Notes under the pieces: model-generated | What the model was told of the DNA's origin: nothing | What the model saw: the letters and a program-made list of their open reading frames with translations, nothing else | The model's database searches: none | Shown here: one piece after another, positions 13,601-23,101 of the stretch | How the letters are laid out: the number at the start of each line of letters is the position of its first letter | Position numbering within the stretch: the first letter of the stretch is position 1 | Assembly (NCBI GenBank): GCA_001643675.2 | Contig: LSRY02000047.1 | Span: 496,001 to 560,000 of the forward strand | Length of the DNA: 64,000 nucleotides | Origin: Monocercomonoides exilis PA203 | Lineage: Eukaryota > Protista > Preaxostyla | Direction: 5' to 3' | Translations under genes and position numbers: made by a program

Positions 13601-14823
13601 TCAAACTGGAGGAAGAGAAATCATCGAAAGAGGAGGCTTAATTGTAACAAAAGTTTAAACAAGAAATTTATATTTAAAAAGAAAAATGAAAATGCTTATT
13701 ATTACTAACATCACAAACCGTTTGACTCAAAAATAGCTCCATGTATTCTGCCAAAATCCTTGTTATTTGATCTGAAACATCCTCAGGCTTCTGTGATGCA
13801 TCAATGTAATGCCAAGAAAAAGGCAAAGGATGGAGAGGAGACGAAGTTGAGGCGCTCGAAGAGGAAGAAGAAGGAACTGACGAAGAAGAAGGAACTGACG
13901 AAGAAGAAGGAAGTGAAGAAGATGAAGATGAAGAAATTGTGGAGTTCGAATCGGTTGTGCTGATCTTTGATTCTTCTGGTTGAAATTTTGGATAAAGAAA
14001 AGAAAATAATTGAAGATATTCCATTTTAACTCGTGCTTGAAAATTTGGTGTTTCATAAACTTCTCTTTTCTCTTCCTCTGTTCTCTGTTCGAAAGACAAA
14101 AAAACAAATTTCAAATAACATTTTTTTCTTAAAAAAAAAGCACACTTCCAATGCTCGAAAAGGATCCATTGCCAAAAAGAACAGTATATCAGGTTGTGGA
14201 AGCCCAACGTCTGGTTCAAGGAGAAACCTCATTCTGTCTTCTTTTGAAGGAGCAGTTTTATGATGAATCACTGGACGGTTTTTGCGATGGAAACCGCTAT
14301 CAATCTCTTCTAGTTGATTTTCAACAATATACTCGGTTTTTGCAGAGCTGTAGACAACGCCAGAATAAACGTATCTGTCACATATTACGCATTTTCCACT
14401 TTCCAAAGTCTGTTTAATCTCCTCACTAATTAATAATTGAATCACAATTTAAAAAAAGTCATCTCAAACGCTTTCATCCATCTGTTATCACTAAAAAGCA
14501 TGTGAACTTTTTCCGGTGGAAGTGTAATTTCCTTTTTAAGATACAAATCCAGCAAATGCCCTGTTTTTGGTTCATTTCTAACTGTTTGTTGGGACCAGAT
14601 GATTCACAAATTTAAAGAAATAATACCTCACACATAAAATGCAACAAACCAGGAAATGCGATTTGAACTGTGTCAAGTTTCATTTTGGAGTTTAAAAATG
14701 AGCAAATTGCATCTGCTTGTGTTGTCTTTCCAGTCCGATCAAGGCCTTCTATGCAAATAAACAATCCCCTCCTAATATTAAACTTAAGAATTATATGGAT
14801 TACATCAATAAAATTCCACACAT
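13601..14823 (-). CDS. DTYMK: Thymidylate (dTMP) kinase, ~5 introns, with Ser-rich insertion
   Basis: Motifs: P-loop RGLFICIEGLDRTGKTTQ; FP|VRNEPKTGHLLDLYL..VHMLFSDNRW; CDRYVYSGVVYSSAK; PDVGLPQPDILFFL; REVYETPNFQARV; WHYIDAS. Exons are joined by short GT-AG introns (e.g. 14582-14649). The last exon PPLSMISLPPV* ends at 13601. The start codon (14823) is tentative. Confidence 0.92.
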
Positions 14824-15336
14824 GCAACAATAACACAAATTATTGCTTAAACCAATATTATCAAATAAAATTATGGCAATTTATTTTTGAAAAAAATTAT
14901 ATTTATTAAAGGACAATATTATTTCTTATTTCACAAAATAACTATATCTTTCAATTCTTTGAGTATTATTTTAAAATAATATTCTTATTGGATCAAATGA
15001 ATTAAATGCAAATAATCAACAATTATTTATGTGATGAAAATTAACAATAATAATGTTAAAGTTAAATATGATAATGATTAACAAAGTCGGCATCTTCTCC
15101 ATGTTTTCAATGAAGAGTCATATGACTAATGACTCCATTTATTGATCAAAATTGTTTTCTTTTTATTCATATTTAACCATTTTGATTATTTTTATTTATA
15201 AAACATGAATATAAATATTTAATAGAATGAGTTTCAGAGAGAAAAACATAATGCTTTGTCCTCGATAATGAAACAAAAATCATTGCAATTCTCTTTTTCT
15301 TAATTTTTTGTGAATAAAAAAGTCATAACTTATTTA

Positions 15337-15377
15337 TGGTGTGTGCATAAACCCGCACATTTGCACAAACCCGCACA
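15337..15377 (+). repeat. Left TIR of the pogo-like element, with two ~18-bp internal direct repeats
   Basis: TGGTGTGTGCATAAACCCGCACATTTGCACAAACCCGCACA contains two TGCA(T/C)AAACCCGCACA units. Confidence 0.9.
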
Positions 15378-15566
15378 ATTCTGTTCATAAAAAAGAAAAG
15401 TCACATTAGAATTGACTTCACATGTCAAATTCAAAAAATTATCTAAAATTGATTGAATATAATATTTTTTCAATATTTATCGATTCTGTTATGGTTGTTT
15501 TTCCCATATCTTTTTATAGTATCTTTAAAAATATCGATTTCAACACTCAATTATCAATTTTCTAAT

Positions 15567-18131
15567 ATGGATGAAATGAAAAAAGAAAAGATAATCATCA
15601 ACAAATCTCAACGCAATAGTTATTATTGTCAACAAAGAGCAATAAGGATGAGATTAAAAGGAGAATTAGCTGGAATAAATGGAAGGCCAAGATACTTATC
15701 TACAGAAGAAGAAGAAAGATTGGAAGAAATTTTACTTAATTGGGATGATTCTGTGACTCAGCCAACAATTAAAGACATTCCGAAACTGGTTTGTTATGGA
15801 TTTTTTTATTTTTTTCCGTTAATTAACTTTTTTCAGGCAAGGAGTATCAGAATACAAAGGTCAGAAAAGTCTGCAATATACATTGAAATGCCAAGCATGA
15901 GATGGGTGTATGGTTTTCTTTCCAGACATAAACAATTGAAAACCATTCATCCCATTCGACTCGATCATGCTCGTCTTAGAGCTTCTTTAAAAAGCAATAT
16001 TTTTTCGTTTTTGATTCAACTACGTTCAATGATGCAAAGAAAAAAATACCATCCTTCATTAATTTTTCAGTTGGATGAAACCAGCTGTCAATCTTCAGAT
16101 AAAAGAGAAAACTTAAGAGTTGTATCGAATAAATGCTCATTCATTCCTTCTTTAAGAATACCTCCTCTTCATCACCTCACACTTCTTTTTATTGTCAAGG
16201 CTGATGGATGTCATCTTCCGACGCATCTTCTTTTACCTTTTAAATATGAAAAAGAAATAAAGGAACAATGGAGTGATGAAAGTTTTATTTTGCACTCATC
16301 AAAAAAAGGTTGGATGACAAAGGAGTTATTTGAAGAAATAATGTTAACAAATGTGTTACCACATATTCAAAAGCAACGCAAAAATGTGATTAAAATGAAT
16401 CGATATCTTCAAGAAAAGCAAGAACAAAAAACTGGAAAAAGAAAAACTAACAAAGAACAAGAATTTGAACAGTCAAGGAAAACATTTATTAATGAAAGAA
16501 TACAAAAGGAATTAACTTCAATTACAAAAGCGGAAAAATTTTCGGAACAATATCCATCACTGACTCAAGAATCACAACAAATTTCTTCGCGAAATGAAAA
16601 AAACTTAAAGGATGATGAATCATTTTCGGATTCCAATTTCACTGAAACGCACAAAATGTCAAGTGGCCAAGCTTATGATGGCGTTTCAACTCCGAAGTCT
16701 GAAGACCAGAAATCAACAATTACTTCAATTACAACTCAATGCGAATCTATTGAACATCAATTATTGAATTTGGACGTTTCATCTCAGCATTCTCAACACA
16801 CTTTGCCTTCAAATGATAAACAAATTAATACAGATGGAACAACAAATGATTTATGCGAAGATTTTGTTTCTTCATTTCCAGAAGACAAGTTGAGTTCTTT
16901 TAGTATCTTGTTGAATGATGATAAATGCAAAGAATGTAATTGGTGGCTGTATACTGAATCCCAGATACATGAATCAATCTATGAAGAATCTTGTTCGTCA
17001 GAGAAAAATGACTTCAAGTTGAAAGAAGAGTCTAACGAAGTTCCACCAGCACTCATAATACTAGATGGTCATTCATCAAGGCAGAATTTAAAACTGTGGC
17101 AACAATTTGCTTCAGAAAATGTTGATGTAATTGTGATTCCTGCCCACACATCTCACATTTTACAACCGCTTGATCTTGGACCAAACGCTATCCTTAAACA
17201 CCATCTCAAAAAAGTCAGAAATGAGCCATCAATCAAGAGAATGAAAAAAGAATTTTTACCTTTTGTTCGAGCCATAACAGATTGCGCTTATTATGCTCTT
17301 GCTCCAAAGACAATAAGAAACGGGTTTTTTGAGGCTGGAATAACATCATTTTCGATCAAACATGTTCTCGATAAAACTCTTGATTCTATACCACCTGAAG
17401 TGAAGCCTTCAAAAAGGACGAAACGCTGGTCGATTTCGGGCAAATGCATCACAACAAAGGAGTTTCTGAATGAATGGGAGTTCCATGAAAAAGAAAAGGA
17501 ATCAAAAACGTTTGATAAAGAATTACAACAGCAAACAAACAGCGAAGACAAAGTGGGAAGCGATAAGCGTTCAGATTGTGAAAAGAGTGAGTCTCTTTCA
17601 AATAAAGAAACTTCTGAAAATACATGTTTCGAAAAATGCAATTCACAAACTCAAACAAAAATAATCAATGATGCACACTCTAAGGAAGATGAAACAGAGC
17701 CAACAGATTCTCAAGAAGGGGAGGACAATGTGTTGGATGTGCCCTTGTTACGACGTTCAAAAAACAAAAGAGTCCATTCCTTTGATCATTCGTCAAGTTG
17801 CTCTGATGAAAGCCTATCCGAATGGAATAGTTCTGAAACGTCCTCATTTTCCAGTCACGATTCTTTTGAACCAACTTCAAAAAAATCAAAATCAAATATC
17901 AGAAAAACGAAAATGAAAAAAAAGAGATATCGTGATGAAAGTGAGAAAGATTTTGATAAGTTAGATAATGAAGAAGAAATAAGCGAAACGATCAGTCAAA
18001 CAATGGACAGAGGTGCCAAACCAAAATTGTACTCGACACGATCAATCAAAACAATGACGAATAAATATTCTGACCAGTACGTTGTATTTGCTGACTCTGA
18101 CGATGAAGAAGTTGAAAAAGAAATCAAATGA
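15567..18131 (+). CDS. pogo-type DDE_1 transposase (DD35D) with N-terminal CENP-B-like HTH region; one 48-nt in-frame intron
   Basis: N-terminal region GRPRYLSTEEEERL...PSMRWVYGFLSRH. Catalytic motifs FQLDETS, KKGWMT, LIILDGHSSR and IPAHTSHILQPLD, with 35 residues between the 2nd and 3rd Asp. First ATG at 15567. The stretch 15789-15836 (GTTTGT...TTAAC...TTTCAG) reads as an intron. Confidence 0.9.
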   Translation: MDEMKKEKIIINKSQRNSYYCQQRAIRMRLKGELAGINGRPRYLSTEEEERLEEILLNWDDSVTQPTIKDIPKLVCYGFFYFFPLINFFQARSIRIQRSEKSAIYIEMPSMRWVYGFLSRHKQLKTIHPIRLDHARLRASLKSNIFSFLIQLRSMMQRKKYHPSLIFQLDETSCQSSDKRENLRVVSNKCSFIPSLRIPPLHHLTLLFIVKADGCHLPTHLLLPFKYEKEIKEQWSDESFILHSSKKGWMTKELFEEIMLTNVLPHIQKQRKNVIKMNRYLQEKQEQKTGKRKTNKEQEFEQSRKTFINERIQKELTSITKAEKFSEQYPSLTQESQQISSRNEKNLKDDESFSDSNFTETHKMSSGQAYDGVSTPKSEDQKSTITSITTQCESIEHQLLNLDVSSQHSQHTLPSNDKQINTDGTTNDLCEDFVSSFPEDKLSSFSILLNDDKCKECNWWLYTESQIHESIYEESCSSEKNDFKLKEESNEVPPALIILDGHSSRQNLKLWQQFASENVDVIVIPAHTSHILQPLDLGPNAILKHHLKKVRNEPSIKRMKKEFLPFVRAITDCAYYALAPKTIRNGFFEAGITSFSIKHVLDKTLDSIPPEVKPSKRTKRWSISGKCITTKEFLNEWEFHEKEKESKTFDKELQQQTNSEDKVGSDKRSDCEKSESLSNKETSENTCFEKCNSQTQTKIINDAHSKEDETEPTDSQEGEDNVLDVPLLRRSKNKRVHSFDHSSSCSDESLSEWNSSETSSFSSHDSFEPTSKKSKSNIRKTKMKKKRYRDESEKDFDKLDNEEEISETISQTMDRGAKPKLYSTRSIKTMTNKYSDQYVVFADSDDEEVEKEIK

Positions 18132-19488
18132 AAAAAACGAAAGAATTTTTAATTAACGTTTAAAAAAAGAATATCAATTCAGTTTTTTTTCACACATGAA
18201 TTCTTCACATTTCCATTTTTTTGAAAAATAATTACTTCAGAAAAATAGAAAATAACTTGACCTTATTAAAAAATATTACAAGAACAATAAAAAATCATTA
18301 CAAAGAATAGTCAAAATAATATAGAAGTATTTCACAAACTTTTAAACATGCACTCAAACAGTCAATTGTCAAACGATACAATTTTTTGTTTGCGGATTGA
18401 TAGTCGAAATAGGAATTATAAAAGGACTATATTGAACATGACAAGTTGGAAAAATGAATGAGCGCTTTTGTTTCAAAAAAATTTGAATATCAAAAATAAT
18501 ATCAGACCTTCGATTCAATATGCAACCTATATGTTTTCGGTTTTTGTTTTTTGTTTTTATGAATCCGAATTTCCATATAAGAAAGAGCATTCACTTTCTG
18601 TTTTTGAATGATTTTCCTTTTTTGTTCAAACAATACGTCATAATTGATTGAATTTTCTCTTCGGTGGATCGAGAATATATTTCTATGATTTCTAGCGGGA
18701 CACGAGAGCTAATATAGAATAAATGAACAGATTATTCAATAAAAAATTGATAAAATAATGCATAAATAAACAAACGTTTCTTTTTGATTATATTAATTAC
18801 ACAAATTGTGGAATAATTGTTTTTATAATAAAGATTAATTGTGAAAAGCAATATTAATTCATATTTGAATAAAGGCTTTAAATAATCAAACTCTCGAAAT
18901 TAATATTTATTTAATGGGACAAAAACCATTATCCGCTCTGAAACTTTTCAAGAAAATGAAAACTGTTTGTTCTTTGTAATTTGATGTTATTCAAATTGAA
19001 ACATATATTTTTTGAATCACTGTCATAGTTATTTATTCAAGCATGTTTCAACTTTTCAATTCATTGTTTATCTTTTTTGATATAATTGTTTTTCAGTTTT
19101 TAGGAAATAAACTTTTTATTCAAGTGTTCAGATGTGTAACTTTTGAATAAAAATAATGAAATTAACATTTTCTAAGTTCTAATATTCCAATTTGCAGATT
19201 CTCATATTTTTTTGCATATTCACAAACAATTTATCATTTCATATGTTTTTTCGAATTGAATAATAAAATGCAAGACTGTGATAAACAAAATTTTGATTTT
19301 TGCAGGTTAAATTTCGATAATGAAAGAAAAACAAAAATTGAATGAAAACTTATAACGAAAAACAAAAGATGATCATTTTTGAACAGTTAATTTTTTTAAT
19401 GCTTTTGTTCTTTTCAAGAAATGAATCAACAACCAAATCAGATGCAATTTCGTAATAAGATATTCTCAAACTTTCATTTAAACCCGAG

Positions 19489-19529
19489 TGTGCGGGTTTA
19501 TGCAATTGTGCGGGTTTTGCACATCACTA
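19489..19529 (-). repeat. Right TIR of the pogo-like element
   Basis: Reverse complement TAGTGATGTGCAAAACCCGCACAATTGCATAAACCCGCACA matches the left TIR. Confidence 0.9.
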
Positions 19530-20860
19530 TTATTCCATTCATAATGCTATTGTCTTTCACATCTTTCATGTTTCCCAAATAATCATTATTATTTTTTTTG
19601 AAGATAAAACATGTTGCATTTATATTGGGTGATAATTTTTGAAATAAATATCAAATTATCAAAATAACAAGTGTGTCAATTTGAACATATAATTCTTCAA
19701 ATGAATAAAAACAGTTGTGGCGTATCAATTCGCAAATTTTGCTGAGCATTAATTATTAACATTCTCTCTTTTGATTATCGAAATTCGTTCAAATATAAGA
19801 CGAAAATAATTGGTGAAGAACTATTATTTTTAATTATCAATGAACGATGAAAGTTTCGACTTAAAAAAAAAAATCACTTTTATGGAAAATATAATGGTTT
19901 CTATTTAAGGTGAAAAGACAAATATAATTCACAATTGAGCAAATCATATTAAATCATTTCAAAATTCAAAAATATGTTGGATATTGTTAAGTCGATTTTG
20001 TTTCAACATATTTGGTTATATTTAGATGATTATTCATGAGGTCATCACTTTTTTCGGTGTATTTATAATTATAATAATTCATTATTATTTGTTTTATTTT
20101 TTTCGTTCAAATCTAAATTGTTTATCAATCGTTTCAAAAGCCATTGTTTGAATTGAAAATAAAAGAAGAGGTTAAACCAATCGATCTATTACTTTTCAGG
20201 GTTCATTAATGAATATTCATAACAAGTATTCAAACAGATAATTTCGATAGAAAAAATATGATTTCATAAATAATTTCCAATTTTTCTTTCACAATTCCAA
20301 TCGTTTAATTTTCAAATCAGATTAAAAATTTCTTAATTTGAGCAAAATATTGTTCATTTTTAAAAATCTTCACATGAAAAAATCTGACAGCATTCACATA
20401 TTTTGAATTTTTTTAAAGCGAAGTTCCTTGAGTGTGAACAGAAATTGGATGAAAAATTTTAATTTGCATTTTTGCAGAAAATAAACAAAAAAAAACTTTT
20501 CAAAAAAATAATATTCGGTTCAATTTTTCATCCAATTTATGAATATTGATCTAATATAAATTTTTAACTACTTTCTCACACTCGATTTGTAACCAATTCA
20601 TCGAGAAAATTTGTCATTCAAATATTTATAAACAATTTCAAATTTTAATATTTATTTATTCATTTATTAATATTTTTCATTTTTCATTTTTCATTTTTTA
20701 TTTTTTTTTTTAAAAAATAGTTAAATTGAAAAATAAATTGAGCATAATATGCAATAAAATATATGAATCAAGAATCATTTGAATAAAAATTCATAAATAG
20801 TTTATCACATATAAAAAAAAAATGGAACTTTCTGTCAATCATAAAACATATTTTTGACAT

Positions 20861-21875
20861 TTAGGGTCAACTTTTAAATGGGACTTTTTCTTTTATTGGT
20901 ATTTTTTTTATTTTCGATAACAAAAAGCTGAGAAGTGTGAAATGGCTTTCAGCATTTGGATAACCGATTTTAACAAAGTTGATTGAATTTATTACCTGTT
21001 TGTTTTTTAATTTGAGTTTATTATTTTTCGAGATATCACGTTGTTTTTTAATAAATTTGAATTGGTTTTTCCCACTCAACCTAGCATTTCCAGAAAATGT
21101 GAAATACAGTTTTATAAACTGTAAACATTTATCTATTTGCATTAAAAATTTCAATTTCCACATTTATTTTTTGATACTTTTTTCTCATTTCATTTTTTCA
21201 CAAGCATGCAAGTATTTATATGAAATTCACTTTGTTTTTAAAAATGAAATGCTTTAATAAAAATATTCCACATACAATAAACTCTTTATTAATCGTTCCA
21301 ACAAAAATTGGAACTTTAATATTCTCTTATTGTCTCGAACAACCAAATGTTACCAAAATTGAATGGTTTTTGATCAAATTTCTGTGAAGGAAACAAGTTT
21401 TAGACAACAAGAGAATATTAAAGTTCCAATTTTTGTTGGAACGATTAATAAAGAGTTTATTGTATGTGGAATATTTTTATTAAAGCATTTCATTTTTAAA
21501 AACAAAGAAAATTTCATATGAATACTTGCATGTTTGAGAAAAAATGAAATGAGAAAAAAGTATCAAAAAATAAATGTGGAAATTGAAATTTTTAATGCAA
21601 ATAGATAAATGTTTACAGTTTATAAAACTGTATTTCACATTTTTTCAAAAAGCTTGATTCGCTGAGAAAAGTGACTTTTATAAAATATATAAAAGTACTA
21701 TGACTCAGCGAGAAACAAACTAAAATAATAAAGCAAACAAGTAATAAATTGTTTTAAATATGTAAAAACATTGAATTAAAGTGAAAAAAACCAATCAACG
21801 TTTGTTGAAAGTTGGCAGGCAAAAACAAAAAAATTGCCAATAAGGGAAAAAGTCACATCAAAAAGTTGACCCTAA
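20861..21875. mobile_element. ~1-kb foldback/hairpin (MITE-like) non-coding element
   Basis: Inner arms 21094-21335 and 21402-21643 are near-perfect reverse complements around a 66-nt loop. The outer ends TTAGGGTCAACTTTT...AAAAGTTGACCCTAA are also inverted and share the same centre. Confidence 0.75.
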
Positions 21876-21921
21876 TCAGAAATAAAAGTATCGAAACCAG
21901 ATTATTAACTATAACGGTTAA

Positions 21922-22499
21922 TCACAACTTAAATGAACATTCAGAAACTCGTTCTTTTTTTTTTTTTTTTTTTGGATTTTTTGTGATAGAATGATTTAAT
22001 ATAATATCACAAAACAAGCTAGGGGTGAATTTTTCATTCTTGCTTTATTTTTTTTCTATGAAAAGAATCAAAATTTTGAATATATGTGTGATTATTTATG
22101 AAATCATATATTCACGATCAAATAATTCGGTTTGATGATTTTGTTTTGAATTTAAATAATGAACATGAAAAAATGACAATTCATTTTTCAACCATCCCTG
22201 TCTTTCGTTATCATTTAATATTGGTTTTTGATTTAAATGAAATGATTATTGCATCTCACTGACAAATTGATTTTCTTTGAAAACAAATTTTTATTATTAT
22301 TATTATCCGAAAAAAGTTACGATTTCAAAAATAATCACCCATATTATGGTTAAGATCAAACAAATATCAAAATTTTTTATTTAAAAATTGAACATTTTTT
22401 TGTATTTTCATGGTTTGTTTTAATTGACTTGCAAAAAACCTGGCAATTCAATTCAAGCGAATAAAAGATATTTGAAGTTCTTAAAAGTTTGTGTTTATA

Positions 22500-22539
<40 letters not shown>

Positions 22540-23045
22540 TTGGAATAAAAATTCGAGAAAATAAACTTGTAGGGTTTTATTCTGCTTTGGAGTTTTCTCT
22601 CGAATCCATTATATTACGCTTTGGGTTTGCGATTAAATATTGTTCATTTTTTTTTATAAATAGGGTTAGGGTGAGAATAAAAAATATCACTTTTTTTCAC
22701 ATCAAAAATGTGTGTTTCAATGATTGCACAAAATGAAAAAAAAATTTTAATTATATGTATGAATTGCTAACTTTTTCAATTTCTTCTCTATAAAATAGAA
22801 CAAGAAATGAAAGAATATCATAAAAATATATCCAAAATTCTTTTTAAAACGATTTCAATTTTTATTTAATTAAATTGATTTGATCAAATCCATTTTATTT
22901 TCGAAATTTTGATTGTTTTCATGGAATAAAAGTTCTTCAAAAATGAAATATTCACCCCTAGCATGTTTTATTTTTTGATGTTAAATCATTCAATCACAAA
23001 AAATCCGAAAAAAAACGAGTTTCTGAATGAAACTTTAAGTTGTGA
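21922..23045. mobile_element. ~1.1-kb non-autonomous TIR element with ~110-120-bp imperfect TIRs
   Basis: 21922-22040 (TCACAACTTAAA..CATTCAGAAACTCGTT..GGATTTTTTGTGAT..GCTAGGGGTGAAT) is the reverse complement of ~22941-23045. No credible ORF inside. Confidence 0.7.
22496..22541. repeat. (TA)n microsatellite followed by poly-T
   Basis: Read directly; lies near the middle of the 21922-23045 element. Confidence 0.9.
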
Positions 23046-23101
23046 CTCACAACCATAACTATTTTTCTCGACAAATTTTCAGCGTTTATCGAGGATATTT
23101 C

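Larger units (their letters stand above)
15337..19529 (+). mobile_element. pogo/Fot-like (IS630-Tc1-mariner superfamily) DNA transposon, ~4.2 kb, apparently full length
   Basis: Imperfect ~41-bp terminal inverted repeats at 15337-15377 and 19489-19529 enclose an intact DDD transposase ORF. TTA flanks both ends (15334-15336 and 19530-19532). Confidence 0.88.

Noticed and set aside
15343-15377. Short direct repeats resembling CRISPR repeats or iterons
   Set aside because: Only two adjacent units with no spacers; they are sub-repeats of the transposon TIR.
15453-15566. Hydrophobic N-terminal extension of the 892-aa transposase ORF
   Set aside because: It starts at a TTG in AT-rich UTR-like sequence; the first ATG is at 15567.
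22661-22675. TAGGGTTAGGG telomere-like motif
   Set aside because: Fewer than two full units; expected by chance.
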